Shown: positions 52,861 through 62,959 of the stretch, piece by piece | Layout: every line of letters starts with the position of its first letter | Position numbering within the stretch: the stretch's first letter is position 1 | Assembly (NCBI GenBank): GCA_028875055.1 | Contig: JAPPGG010000072.1 | Span: 51,032-115,031 of the forward strand | DNA: 64,000 nucleotides | Source: Chloroflexota bacterium | GTDB taxonomy: Bacteria > Chloroflexota > Dehalococcoidia > Lucifugimonadales > UBA3495 | Direction of reading: 5' to 3' | Translations under genes and position numbers: made by a program | Notes under the pieces: generated by a model | Database searches by the model: none | Told to the model about the DNA's origin: nothing | Seen by the model: only the letters and a program-made list of their open reading frames with translations

Positions 52861-54549
52861 TCAGAAATCCACTTCCTGGTGCACAATTCTGCCCCCCAGC
52901 ATGGTCAGCACGGAGTGGACTTCAGGTATCTCTTCTTCCGGCATTTCCAGCAGGTCATGGGAGAGGGCCGCCAGGTCCGCCAGCTTTCCCGGCTCAAGGC
53001 TGCCCCTTTCACCCTCATCGAATGAGTACCGGGCGCCACCTTCCGTAAACGCCCGCAGTGCCTCCGGCCGGCTCAACCGCTGGCCTGGACCCAATACCTG
53101 GTCCGTTACCCTCTCCCGCCGGGCCACTGCCGCCCAAAGCGTGGCAAAGGGATTGTAGGGCTTGTTGTCGGTGCCAAAGCTGAAATCTACGCCCATTTCC
53201 AGGTAGCGGCGATGGGCCACTGCGGTCTCCGCCAGTTTCTGGTTGTCCAGGTATGGCGAGCCCCGCAGCCACAGTTCCGTCAGCGGAATGGTCTCCACCA
53301 GCAGCCCCATATCCCGAATCCTGTTCAACTGCTGGTCCGTGGTTTGAAGCACGTGGGCCAGGGTCCATCGCCGGCCCCGCAAAGGAATTTCCCGGTCAAC
53401 ATCCTCAAAAACCTGCAGTACCTCTTCCAGCGGTTCCCTGACCAGCGTATTCACCCTGATGTTGTTCCGTGCCGCCAGCATCACCGCTTCGGCAAAAAAC
53501 TCGGGCGAATGGTAGCTCTGGATGAAGCCGGCCCAGCCGGTATAGGGCAGCAGCGACGAGCGTTCCCCGGCGGTATAGCGATTACCTCCGTACTGAATGA
53601 AGTATCCGCTCACCCGCAGGTACTCGTCGCCAAACCCGGGGCCGGAAAAGGAGTGCCCCCACGACTCCATCTCTCGGGCGGCGTCCGCCACGCTCTGCCA
53701 GTGAGGGCTAACAGTCAGGTTGGCTCGGACCGTCATTTCTCCGGCGTCCCAGACCGTCTTGTAGGCCTGCAGCACTTCGGGCGCGACCCCATGTCCCTCG
53801 TAGGTCCCCGTTGTGCCCACGGAGTTGTAGAGGCGCATCGACTCTTTCAGCGCTTCAACCCTCTGCTGTGCCGTGAATCTGGGCGCCCCTTGCATCAGCG
53901 TAAATTCCACCGATGGGTAGCGACCCGTATCAACGAATACACCTGTTGGCTCCCCGTCCGTGGCCACCTCTATGGTGACGCTGGAATCCGGGGAGCGGGT
54001 GTGCCGGTCTATCCCCGACAGCTGAAGGGCGGCGCTGTTGGCAATGGACACGGCGGGTGGGACGTTCCACGGAGTCCAGATTCCCTTGATGTAAACCGGA
54101 TTGTCCGGCGCCGCCTCGTCCAGGTCGTGCCTGTTGGGGAAGCGGCCCTCTTCCAGCAATTGGGGCATATCAGCGTAGTTGGGCGGGTCTCCAATTGGCA
54201 TGGTGACCACCCATTCCCCGGGCGCCTTGTCCGCCGCCAGTCCCCTTATCCGCTCCTGAATTTCCCTGATGGACCGGAGGCCTTCCAGCGACGGGTAGAT
54301 CGACTTCAAACCCTCCCGGTCCATGTGCGCGTGAATGTCCACTATCCCCGGAATAACGGTTCGCCCGCCGAGGTCGATTGTCCTGGCGCCCGGTCCCGCC
54401 AGCTGCAGCACATCGGAGTCTCTTCCCACTGCCACAATGCGGCTGCCCCGAATGGCCACCGCCTCCTGGATGGAGTCACGTGCGTCCACTGTCAGGACTT
54501 TCCCGTTGTGGAGGACGCAGTCTGCCGCGCCCGCCATAATGCCGACCAT
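52861..54549 (-). CDS. Amidohydrolase-3 (YtcJ-like) metal-dependent hydrolase
   Basis: GKVLTVD...AVAIRGSRIVAVG, and GIVDIHAHMD (HxH). The start ATG at 54549 is preceded by GGGAGG 6 nt upstream. Confidence 0.85.
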   Translation of the reverse strand: MVGIMAGAADCVLHNGKVLTVDARDSIQEAVAIRGSRIVAVGRDSDVLQLAGPGARTIDLGGRTVIPGIVDIHAHMDREGLKSIYPSLEGLRSIREIQERIRGLAADKAPGEWVVTMPIGDPPNYADMPQLLEEGRFPNRHDLDEAAPDNPVYIKGIWTPWNVPPAVSIANSAALQLSGIDRHTRSPDSSVTIEVATDGEPTGVFVDTGRYPSVEFTLMQGAPRFTAQQRVEALKESMRLYNSVGTTGTYEGHGVAPEVLQAYKTVWDAGEMTVRANLTVSPHWQSVADAAREMESWGHSFSGPGFGDEYLRVSGYFIQYGGNRYTAGERSSLLPYTGWAGFIQSYHSPEFFAEAVMLAARNNIRVNTLVREPLEEVLQVFEDVDREIPLRGRRWTLAHVLQTTDQQLNRIRDMGLLVETIPLTELWLRGSPYLDNQKLAETAVAHRRYLEMGVDFSFGTDNKPYNPFATLWAAVARRERVTDQVLGPGQRLSRPEALRAFTEGGARYSFDEGERGSLEPGKLADLAALSHDLLEMPEEEIPEVHSVLTMLGGRIVHQEVDF

Positions 54550-54739
54550 TGCAGACCTCCCAAGTCTGGTCTGTGACCTTTCGTTCTGGCAGGGCGACAG
54601 CGCCCGTGCTCTGCATCCGGTGCCCTTGGAAATCGTACCGAAACCGGAAAGACTATACACTATCTGCCAAATTGACACCCGTACGGCGCCCAATTAGAAT
54701 CAGGCCAAGGCAGAAGTATCAGAAATCAGGAGAAATAGA

Positions 54740-55816
54740 ATGACTCAGCTATTGGGAAGGGTCAGCCCTGAAGAAGAAGAACAGTTTTACGCGGGAACCG
54801 AGGCGGCCGGCCTGCGGGCTGCCTGGATGGGACGCCGCCTCGAGCGGAAACCCCAGGTTGTTCCCTTTGCCTGGCGCTGGAACGACGCCCAGCCCCTGGT
54901 CCTGCGCAGCGGCGACATCGTAACCCCCGACCGGGACGTGGAGCGGCGCGTGCTGCGCCTGGCCAATCCCGGCCTGGACCACGGCACCACCCACACCATT
55001 TCCGCTGCCTTGCAGCTGCTCCTGCCCGGGGAGAACGCCCCGGCTCACCGGCACACGCCCACGGCCATCCGTTGGGTCCTGCAGGGCACCGGCGCCTATA
55101 CCACCGTGGAAGGTGACAAGTGCTACATGGAGCCCGGCGACCTGGTCTTGACTCCCTCCTGGACCTGGCACGACCACAACAATGAGGGCGACGTGCCCAT
55201 GATCTGGCTGGACGGGCTGGACACTCCCCTGGTGAACAACCTGGAGGCCACCTTCTACGAGCAGTTCCCCGAAGACCAGCAGCCCATAGTTGGCGTGGGT
55301 GAATCGGAGCGCAAGTATGCCTCCGGCGCCCTGAGGCCGGCCTGGGAAGACAACAACACTCCCTACTCTCCCCTTTGGCACTACAAGTGGGAGCGCTCTC
55401 ACGCCGCCCTGCAAAGCCTGGCCGAGACCGACTGCAGTCCCTTTGACGACGTCGCCATGGAGTTCTCCGACCCCGCCACCGGGGGACCGGTCCTGCGGAC
55501 CATGGCCTGCTGGATTCAGATGATCCGTCCCGGCATCAATACCAAGGCCCACCGCCACACCACCAGCGCCGTGTACCAGGTCTTCCGGGGAAAGGGTCAC
55601 AGCGTCATCAACGGCCAGCGCTTCGACTGGGGCGAGGGAGACTTCCTGGTGGTCCCGTCCTGGTCCTGGCACGAACACGCCAACGATTCCGACGAAGAGG
55701 CCATCCTCTTCTCCATCCAGGACATTCCCGTAATGAAAGCCCTTTCCCTGTACCGGGAAGAGCCCTACGCCGAGAACGCGGGGCACCAGCCCATAACCTC
55801 GGTGTTCGAGGGCTAA
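54740..55816 (+). CDS. Gentisate 1,2-dioxygenase-like bicupin
   Basis: PGENAPAHRHTPTAIRWVLQGTGAYTTVEGD...GDLVLTPSWTWHDH, and a second cupin HRHTTSAVYQVFRGKG...GDFLVVPSWSWHEH. Confidence 0.85.
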   Translation: MTQLLGRVSPEEEEQFYAGTEAAGLRAAWMGRRLERKPQVVPFAWRWNDAQPLVLRSGDIVTPDRDVERRVLRLANPGLDHGTTHTISAALQLLLPGENAPAHRHTPTAIRWVLQGTGAYTTVEGDKCYMEPGDLVLTPSWTWHDHNNEGDVPMIWLDGLDTPLVNNLEATFYEQFPEDQQPIVGVGESERKYASGALRPAWEDNNTPYSPLWHYKWERSHAALQSLAETDCSPFDDVAMEFSDPATGGPVLRTMACWIQMIRPGINTKAHRHTTSAVYQVFRGKGHSVINGQRFDWGEGDFLVVPSWSWHEHANDSDEEAILFSIQDIPVMKALSLYREEPYAENAGHQPITSVFEG

Positions 55817-55860
55817 GAGCCAGAGAAAAAACTCCTTCCCCCTCGACGGGGAAATGACTT

Positions 55861-55894
55861 GAGGGGAGGGTCAATCGCCCTTCCCCTCTTTTTT
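55861..55894 (+). terminator. Intrinsic terminator of the dioxygenase gene
   Basis: GAGGGGAGGG-N7-CCCTTCCCCTC followed by TTTTTT. Confidence 0.7.
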
Positions 55895-55916
55895 CAAGAC
55901 TTTGCGGCAAGACAAA

Positions 55917-55939
55917 GGGGCAGGCAATTCGCCTGCCCC
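55917..55939 (-). terminator. Terminator hairpin for the LigB-type gene
   Basis: GGGGCAGGC-AATTC-GCCTGCCCC. On the minus strand it is followed by TTTGTCTTG. Confidence 0.55.
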
Positions 55940-55968
55940 AAAATCTTGTAGTCCCTGTCCCGGAATAC

Positions 55969-57018
55969 CTAAGGCTTGAACAGGGCCACGCACTTGTTGG
56001 AATTGAAAATGTAGGTCTCGACGTAGTCAATGACTTCCGTCTTGTAGTCCAGTTCCTGCATGGCGCCAGCGATGCACATCCAGTTCAGCAACTCCTGCTG
56101 GCCCGCGTCCTCAATCTGTTCCGTGGAAAGCCGACTCCAGGCGGCGAAATCGCTGTCCTTCAATTCCTCAAATCGCGCTCGGTCCGAGGGAACATCGGGA
56201 TAAAGCCTGTGGTTCTTGTCGGTCAGAAACGCGTGGGACCAGCTTGAAGACGCGATCAACGCAACCCGGTATGGGCTGTCCTTCACCACCCGCGCCACCG
56301 CGGCGCCCACTTCCATGCACCGCTTGGGCGAAGGGCCGGGCGGGTCGAATTCCTCCTCGTACTGCACTGCGCCACCCCGGTTGCGGACCACCCGGCTGCC
56401 GTAGCAGTTGACCAGGAAGGGCACCACCGGATAGTCGAAACCCTTGCGATCGTAGTCCAGGTAAAGCAGGGTGTTCAGTATGGCGTGACCCAGGCCGCCC
56501 TTCTCGTGCAGCGGCTTGTAGGAGTAGGACATATCAATGCCCTGCTCAATCAGGCCCCGCACCAGGGAACGGGCGGCGGTGCGGTGTCCCTGGTACTTGA
56601 ATGTAGTTTCCCCCGGTTCGTCCCACACATTGATGCGGGTTCCGCCGTCCCCTGTCCGGAAAGGCTGGCATTCCATCTCGTCATAGGCCAGCACACAGAA
56701 AGGCGGAATAATGTCCTCTTTGAAATTTTCGTACTGGTCATCTCCCCAGATTACGACGAAGTCCGGGTTGAATGCGTCCAGTTCCTCTCGCAGTTTCCGA
56801 AAGCCGTCAACTATCCGCGCTCGCGCCTTCCTGGCTGACTCCAGTCCCTCGTCCTCGCCGTACTCAATGCGCATGGGTTCCGGCCAGTTGGTGGGAATTT
56901 TCAGCTCGGGGGGCAGGTTGGGGTTGCGCAGACTGCGGGTAATGGAAAAATCCTTCTCTTCATCGGGCTTAATGAAGGAAGGGGAGTGCGTAAGCCCAAG
57001 TCCCAGAATCTCTGCCAT
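55969..57018 (-). CDS. Class III extradiol ring-cleavage dioxygenase (LigB/PCA 4,5-dioxygenase-like)
   Basis: GLGLTHSP...VVIWGDDQYENF...SSSWSH pattern of the LigB family. The start ATG at 57018 has GGAGGA 4 nt upstream. Confidence 0.75.
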   Translation of the reverse strand: MAEILGLGLTHSPSFIKPDEEKDFSITRSLRNPNLPPELKIPTNWPEPMRIEYGEDEGLESARKARARIVDGFRKLREELDAFNPDFVVIWGDDQYENFKEDIIPPFCVLAYDEMECQPFRTGDGGTRINVWDEPGETTFKYQGHRTAARSLVRGLIEQGIDMSYSYKPLHEKGGLGHAILNTLLYLDYDRKGFDYPVVPFLVNCYGSRVVRNRGGAVQYEEEFDPPGPSPKRCMEVGAAVARVVKDSPYRVALIASSSWSHAFLTDKNHRLYPDVPSDRARFEELKDSDFAAWSRLSTEQIEDAGQQELLNWMCIAGAMQELDYKTEVIDYVETYIFNSNKCVALFKP

Positions 57019-57211
57019 ATTTCCTCCGGTTCCGGCAATTGTCGGGTCAATTTCCACAGACTATACGCTTTTCGCGTTGAATTGTGTAGCCTTTTTGCTG
57101 TTCGCCGCAGCGTTACGGCCTGGACGGGATGGGTTTGCCCTTGCCAGCCGTACGGGCTAACGCTATTATCCGACGAAGCAGATACGACCGCACTGCCCGG
57201 GAGGTACAGCG

Positions 57212-58888
57212 ATGCCAAGGATGACCGGCGCCCGATTCCTGGTGGAAACCATGAAGGCCTACGGGGTAACCCACGCCTTCTATATGCCTATGATTGTGAC
57301 CCGCGCCCTTGTGGAAATGGAACAGGTGGGCATCGCCCGCATAATGGCCCACAGCGAGAAGGCCGCCGCCTATATGGCCGACGGTTATGCCCGTGCCGCC
57401 AGGCGCCCCGCCGTCTGCATGGCCCAGAACGTGGGCGCCGCCAACCTGGCCGCCGGACTGCAGGACCCCTTCCTGGGCGGTTCTCCGGTTGTGGCCCTGA
57501 CCGGGCGCGGCGGGCCCTCCCAGCAGGACCGCAACTACTACCAGGAAGTGGACCACGTCCAGCCCTTCAATGCCGTCACCAAGTTTAATGCCCTGGTGGA
57601 CAACCCCGACGAGTTTCCCAGGCTCCTTCGCCAGGCCTTCAGGGAAGCCACTGCCGGGGCCCCTGGTCCCACTCACCTGGACCTTCAGGGCTCTTCCGGC
57701 GCGCTGATTATGGACGTGGAAGCCGACTTGGACGTGGTGGTTGAGGCTCCCTTTACCCATGTGCCTCCCTTCCGCGGCGAACCGGAAACCGAAATGGTGC
57801 TCGAGGCGGCACGAGCTCTTACCGAAGCCCGCCGTCCGGTAATCGTGGCCGGTGGCGGCGTCCGCTCCTCCGGCGCCCAGCAGGAGGTGGTGGAACTGGC
57901 CGAAATGCTTGCAATTCCGGTGGCCACCTCCCTCAATGCCAAGGGCTCGATCCCCGACGATCATCCCCTGTCCGTGGGTGTTTGCGGCACCTACTCCCGC
58001 TGGTGCGCCAACCGCGTGGTCTCGGAGGCGGACCTGGTCTTCTTCATCGGCAGCCACACCGGCAGCCAGGTAACCACCGAATGGCAGATTCCCAGGGAGG
58101 GGACCCCAGTAATTCAGCTGGATATCGACCCCAGCGAACTGGGCCGCAGCTATCCCATCCAGGTCGGCCTTCAGGGCGATGCCAGGGCATCCCTGCGCAA
58201 ACTCATCGAGAGCCTGGAACCCATCGGCGGCCGTTCCGAATGGGTGGGCCGGGCCCAGGAACTGGTAGCTGAATGGCGGGAGGAGGTGGCGCCCCTGGCC
58301 AACTCCAGCGCTTCCCCCATTCGCCCGGAACGTTTGTGCAAGGAGATTACCGAGTACCTGCCTGACGACGCCGTACTGCTCTCCGACACCGGCCATTCGG
58401 GCATCTGGACCGGCACAATGATCGACCTCTACAAGCCTACCCAGACCTTCCTGCGCTGCGCCGGTTCCCTGGGCTGGGCCTTCCCGGCCGCCCTCGGCGC
58501 CAAGTGCGCTGTCCCCGACCGGCCGGTGGTCTGCTTTACCGGCGACGGCGGGTTCTGGTATCACCTGAGCGAGATGGAGACCGCCGTGCGTTACGGGATC
58601 AACACCGTCACCGTAATCAACAATAACCACTCCCTGAACCAGGAGAAACGGGGCAACGAGCGGGCCTACGAGAGTGTGGGCGTAACCGGCAACGTGGACG
58701 AGCTCTGGGTATTCCCCGATACGGATTTCGCGAAGCTGGCCGAAGATATGGGCGGCTTTGGCGTTCGTGTTGAGCGCCCCGAAGATTTGCAGGACGCCAT
58801 GACCGAAGCCGCCAACTCCGGCAAACCTTCGGTGGTTGACGTGGTAACCGACATCGAAGGTATCGCCCCCCGCGCCTGGGTGGGTTAG
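57212..58888 (+). CDS. Thiamine-pyrophosphate-dependent enzyme (acetolactate synthase-like), paralogous to 44268-45866
   Basis: MTGARFLVETMKAYGVTHAFYMP N-terminus and the GDGGFWYHLSEMETAVRYGINTVTVINNN TPP motif. Confidence 0.85.
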   Translation: MPRMTGARFLVETMKAYGVTHAFYMPMIVTRALVEMEQVGIARIMAHSEKAAAYMADGYARAARRPAVCMAQNVGAANLAAGLQDPFLGGSPVVALTGRGGPSQQDRNYYQEVDHVQPFNAVTKFNALVDNPDEFPRLLRQAFREATAGAPGPTHLDLQGSSGALIMDVEADLDVVVEAPFTHVPPFRGEPETEMVLEAARALTEARRPVIVAGGGVRSSGAQQEVVELAEMLAIPVATSLNAKGSIPDDHPLSVGVCGTYSRWCANRVVSEADLVFFIGSHTGSQVTTEWQIPREGTPVIQLDIDPSELGRSYPIQVGLQGDARASLRKLIESLEPIGGRSEWVGRAQELVAEWREEVAPLANSSASPIRPERLCKEITEYLPDDAVLLSDTGHSGIWTGTMIDLYKPTQTFLRCAGSLGWAFPAALGAKCAVPDRPVVCFTGDGGFWYHLSEMETAVRYGINTVTVINNNHSLNQEKRGNERAYESVGVTGNVDELWVFPDTDFAKLAEDMGGFGVRVERPEDLQDAMTEAANSGKPSVVDVVTDIEGIAPRAWVG

Positions 58889-58936
58889 GATTTCACGGCC
58901 AGGGAGCAAATCGGAAAAGCGCAAAGGAACATCCAG

Positions 58937-60010
58937 ATGCCTGAAACTCTCATCACCGACGAAGTTCGCGCGCTGATAGGGACCGAAACTCCGCCCGAGC
59001 GAAACCGCTTCCCCATCAGCGACGAGATGGCCTTCGACGTGGCGGATGCCATCGAAGACGGCAACCCCCTCTACCGGGACCCAGACTACGCCCGTAGCTC
59101 CCGGTTTGCCGGGATTCTTTGCCCGCCCCTCGCCACCTGGAAGGACATCGCTCCCCCCATTGGCTACTTTGGCGCCGGCCAGGAATCCCACTTCCAGGTG
59201 CCCCTGCCCTTCAACAGCTACGGACTCAACGGCGGCAGCGACTGGCAGTTCCTGCGCCCCGCCTACTCCGGTTCCTGGGTCACCCGCCAATTCAAGGTTC
59301 TGGACATTTTCGAAAAGCAGGGTCGCTCCGGTCTCCTGGTCTTCGTCGTGCGCCAGGAGACCCAGACCAACCAGTTGGGGCAGGTCCTCAGCCTGGCCAA
59401 GCGCGTCAGCATTCACCGCAGCCTGCCCGACCAGGCGGCTGCCGCTTCAACGCCCTCCGGCGAAGAGCGTCAGTTGGCCGCCGTGCCCGTGGCGCCGCCC
59501 GAAGCCGACGTTATCCTGGCCAAGCCCGAGCGGCCATCATTGGCCCAGCGTTTCTTCGAGGACGTATCGGTGGGTGACCGCCTCCCGCCCGTGGTCAAGG
59601 GCCCCATGACCACTTCTCACCTGGTGCGCTGGGCGGCCGCCAACGGCAACTACGCCCGCATTCACTGGGACCTGCCCTTTGCCCAGCTGGAACAGGGCCT
59701 TCCCAATGTGGTGGTCAACGGCTCCCTCAAGAACCAGTACCTCGGGCAGCTTATGATCGACTTCGCCGGTGAGCAAGGCTGGTTCAAGCGTTTTTTCGTC
59801 CAGCACCGGGGTATGGACTTTCCCGGCGACGTGCTGACCGCCTCCGGGGTAGTTTCGGCCATGCGTGAAGTTGGCGAATTTGGCGTCGTTGACTGCGTGG
59901 TGGAACTGACCAACAGCCGGGGTCACCAGACCGCGGCCGGCGAAGCCTCCGTTATTCTCCCCCGGCGCGGCCAGAGTCTCCCCCTTATCTGGCCCGAGGA
60001 ATCCTGGTAG
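58937..60010 (+). CDS. Double hotdog-fold (MaoC N-terminal-like + MaoC-like) acyl dehydratase/hydratase
   Basis: The N half resembles the FAS1-like/MaoC_dehydrat_N domain. The C half (SHLVRWAAANGNYARIHWD) resembles MaoC-like hydratases. Confidence 0.7.
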   Translation: MPETLITDEVRALIGTETPPERNRFPISDEMAFDVADAIEDGNPLYRDPDYARSSRFAGILCPPLATWKDIAPPIGYFGAGQESHFQVPLPFNSYGLNGGSDWQFLRPAYSGSWVTRQFKVLDIFEKQGRSGLLVFVVRQETQTNQLGQVLSLAKRVSIHRSLPDQAAAASTPSGEERQLAAVPVAPPEADVILAKPERPSLAQRFFEDVSVGDRLPPVVKGPMTTSHLVRWAAANGNYARIHWDLPFAQLEQGLPNVVVNGSLKNQYLGQLMIDFAGEQGWFKRFFVQHRGMDFPGDVLTASGVVSAMREVGEFGVVDCVVELTNSRGHQTAAGEASVILPRRGQSLPLIWPEESW

Positions 60011-60012
60011 CC

Positions 60013-61203
60013 GTGCGTTTGCTGGAAGGCATCCGCGTCCTGGAATTGGGCGGCCACACCTCCGCTCCCTTCTGCGCCCGGCTGCTGGCCGACTGCGGGG
60101 CCGACATCATCAAGGTTGAACCGCCCGGCCTGGGCGATCCCGGGCGCCGCAAGGGCCCCTTTGCCGGCGATGATCCCAATCCCGAAAAAAGCCTCCCTTT
60201 CCTCTACCTGAACACCAACAAGCGGGGAATTACCCTCGATATCGAAAGCCCCACGGGCCGGCTGTTCCTGGACCGCCTGCTGTCCGAAACCGACGTCCTG
60301 GTGGAGAACTTTTCCCCCGCTCAGCGAGACTCCCTGTCCCTCGATTTTGATTCCCTGGCTGCCGTAAACCCCGGCCTGGTCTCGGTATCTATTACTCCCT
60401 TCGGATTGGCGGGACCATACCGGGACCGGCCCGCCGAAGACATCGAGGCATTTGCCTGGAGCGGCCACCTATACCATTCGGGCGACTCCGACCGGGAGCC
60501 CCTGCACAACGCCCTCGACCAGGCCTGGTACGTAGCGGGAGTCAACGCCGCCACCGCTGCCGCCGCCGCCCTGTTCCAACGCCTGTTCACCGGCCGGGGC
60601 CAGCCGGTTGAAGTTTCAGCCTCGGAATGCCTCGCCGCCCACATGGTCCAGGCCGTCCCCTATTTCAACTACATGGGCGCCATAAAGGGCCGCCGCCCCA
60701 TCCGCGGTTCCGGCTTCGAGGAACTGATGCCGGCCAGGGATGGCTACGTGGTCCCCTCCGTCCAGGGTTCGCAACCCTGGTCCGTTGTAGCCGACCTGAT
60801 CGGCCTGGAAGAACTGGAAGACGAGAAGTTTTCCAGCGGTTCCGGCCGGATTGAGCACGGCGAGGAGCTCAAGGAACTGGTTGCCCGGGGCCTGTCCCAG
60901 TGGGACCGCAAACCCCTGTTCGAGGCTTCGGGCCAGCGTCGCCTGGTTTTCGGAATGGCCCAGGATTCCGGCGATCTTTACGCCTGCCCTCACCTTGAGG
61001 AAAGGGGCTATTTTGTCCAGGTGGACCATCCCGTCGCGGGAAGCGCACCATATGCCGGCTTCGGGCCCTGCCTTTCATCTGACCAGTATGAGATTACCCG
61101 GCCCGCGCCTCTCCTGGGCCAGCACAACCAGGAAATTTACGGCGACAGCCTGGGCCTCTCGGACCTGGACCTGGTCTGTTTGAGGGCAGGCGGCATCGTC
61201 TGA
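60013..61203 (+). CDS. Family III CoA-transferase (CaiB/BaiF)
   Basis: LEGIRVLELGGHTSAPFCARLLADCGADIIKVEPP is the typical N-terminus. GTG start 2 nt after the upstream stop. Confidence 0.9.
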   Translation: MRLLEGIRVLELGGHTSAPFCARLLADCGADIIKVEPPGLGDPGRRKGPFAGDDPNPEKSLPFLYLNTNKRGITLDIESPTGRLFLDRLLSETDVLVENFSPAQRDSLSLDFDSLAAVNPGLVSVSITPFGLAGPYRDRPAEDIEAFAWSGHLYHSGDSDREPLHNALDQAWYVAGVNAATAAAAALFQRLFTGRGQPVEVSASECLAAHMVQAVPYFNYMGAIKGRRPIRGSGFEELMPARDGYVVPSVQGSQPWSVVADLIGLEELEDEKFSSGSGRIEHGEELKELVARGLSQWDRKPLFEASGQRRLVFGMAQDSGDLYACPHLEERGYFVQVDHPVAGSAPYAGFGPCLSSDQYEITRPAPLLGQHNQEIYGDSLGLSDLDLVCLRAGGIV

Positions 61204-61273
61204 CGGGTCCTGGTTTTTGCCGGAATTCAAACCCTGGAACATTGTGGAACCGCCGCTCCCGACTGCGAAGAGA

Positions 61274-62653
61274 ATGACTGAAATGCTGCGACAATCTCCC
61301 CTTTCCGGCATACGCGTTGTGGACCTCAGCAGGGTCTTTGCCATGCCCTATGTGGGAGCATACCTGGCCGACATGGGCGCTGAAGTAATCAAGATTGACA
61401 CCCACCATGCAGCTTTCATCGATACCACCCGCACCATTACCGGACCCTATCCCGACAATGACCCCGGCAGGGAATTCTGGAACCGGGCCGGTACCTACCA
61501 GACCCTCAACCGGGGCAAGCGCAGCCTCACCCTGGATTTGCGGTCTGACGAAGGCATGGCTGTTTTGCTGGACCTCATTTCCGTCAGCGACGTGGTCCTT
61601 GAGAACTTTACCCCGCGCGTAACCCGCCGCTTCGGCCTGGACTATCCCAGCCTCCGGAAGGCTCGGCCGGACCTGGTGCTGGTGTCCAACACCGGCTACG
61701 GCCATAGCGGCCCCTGGAGCGATTTTGGCGCAATGGCCTCGGCCCTCGAACCGACCCATGGCACTGGCGCCTTCATGGGCTACCTGGAACTGGATGAGGA
61801 CGGCAGTCTCTCGGCCAGTGCAACCCCCAACAAGATCGGAAACTCCTTTACCGACTTCCTGGCCTGCTGGTCGGCGCAAATGGCTATTATGGCTGCCCTC
61901 TACCGGCGGGCCCTCACCGGGCAGGGAACGTGGGTCGATCTGGCCATGTATCAAAACGGCGTTTCATTCATCGGCGAGGGCCTGCTGGACTTTGCCTTCA
62001 ACGGCCGACCTGCCCGCCGCCAGGGAAACCGCCACGAAAGCCAGTCGCCCCAGGGCTGTTACCCCTGCCTGGGGCAGGACCGCTGGGTTGTGCTGACTGT
62101 CCGCGACGATCGCGACTGGCTTGCCCTCTGCGAAGCCCTGGGCCAGCCGGATCTGGCCTCCGACGACCGGTTTGCCGACCCCATCACCCGCCACCGGAAC
62201 CAGACTGAGCTGGACCGGATTATTGGCGGCTGGACCCGGTCCAGGACCCAGGCCGAAGTGGTTGAAGCTTTGCGGTCCAGCGGCATTCCCGTCGCCCCCG
62301 TTCTGGACGGGGAACAACTGCTGTCCGATCCCCACCTTCGCGGTCGCGGTCTCTTTGAGGTTGTAGAACATCCGGAGAGCAGCGGCATCGGCCGCCGTGA
62401 ATATCTTGGCCGTGGGTGGAAACTCGCCAGCGCGGACGTGGCCATCCGGGGCCCGGCTCCGGACCTGGGAGAGGCCAACGGCTATGTGCTGGAAGAAATA
62501 CTTGGCCTGACTGCCTCACAGGTGAAATCCCTCAGGCGCGACGAGGTCATCGGGGAAGAACTGGCCGGCGGGGCGGCCCCCGGCGTTGTGCCCCTCCAGC
62601 GCCAGGCCGAACTGGGCTGGATTGCCGATTACCGCGAGAATTTCTCCCCCTGA
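61274..62653 (+). CDS. Family III CoA-transferase (CaiB/BaiF), second paralogue
   Basis: LSGIRVVDLSRVFAMPYVGAYLADMGAEVIKID. The ATG at 61274 is preferred over the track's TTG at 61217. Confidence 0.85.
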   Translation: MTEMLRQSPLSGIRVVDLSRVFAMPYVGAYLADMGAEVIKIDTHHAAFIDTTRTITGPYPDNDPGREFWNRAGTYQTLNRGKRSLTLDLRSDEGMAVLLDLISVSDVVLENFTPRVTRRFGLDYPSLRKARPDLVLVSNTGYGHSGPWSDFGAMASALEPTHGTGAFMGYLELDEDGSLSASATPNKIGNSFTDFLACWSAQMAIMAALYRRALTGQGTWVDLAMYQNGVSFIGEGLLDFAFNGRPARRQGNRHESQSPQGCYPCLGQDRWVVLTVRDDRDWLALCEALGQPDLASDDRFADPITRHRNQTELDRIIGGWTRSRTQAEVVEALRSSGIPVAPVLDGEQLLSDPHLRGRGLFEVVEHPESSGIGRREYLGRGWKLASADVAIRGPAPDLGEANGYVLEEILGLTASQVKSLRRDEVIGEELAGGAAPGVVPLQRQAELGWIADYRENFSP

Positions 62654-62792
62654 CCCGTCTTCCCTGACATTCCCCCCTTTCCCAACAGGACTGCAGCCAC
62701 GTAGCATAAGCAAAGGCTTCCTCCCGGGGCTCGGCGCGTAAGCAGTCCGGCAGTAAACTCGGGCTACAGGAGACAATAGTTCCTTAGGGGGC

Positions 62793-62914
62793 GTCGTCAA
62801 ATTGAAGATAGAAGCTTCCCAGCGTACCAATTTGTCGTTCCCGCGAAGGCGGGAACCTCGCCGGCTATGCTCAAGATTCCTCCCCTGTCAAGCATGACGA
62901 GCCGAGTTGACGAC
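62793..62914 (+). repeat. Family-B 122-bp element, copy 3
   Basis: GTCGTCAAATTGAAGATAGAAGCTTCCC...GTCGTTCCCGCGAAGGCGGGAACCTCGCCGG...GTTGACGAC. Same orientation and length as copy 1. Confidence 0.8.
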
Positions 62915-62959
62915 ACCCACCCAAATGTCTCATCTTCCCCCAAGAGGTCGGCAAACTTA

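Noticed and set aside
32463-62914. CRISPR array interpretation of the recurring hairpin repeats (families A, B and C).
   Set aside because: Copies are 10-30 kb apart, 120-200 bp long, non-tandem and in mixed orientation, with no regular repeat-spacer periodicity and no cas genes.
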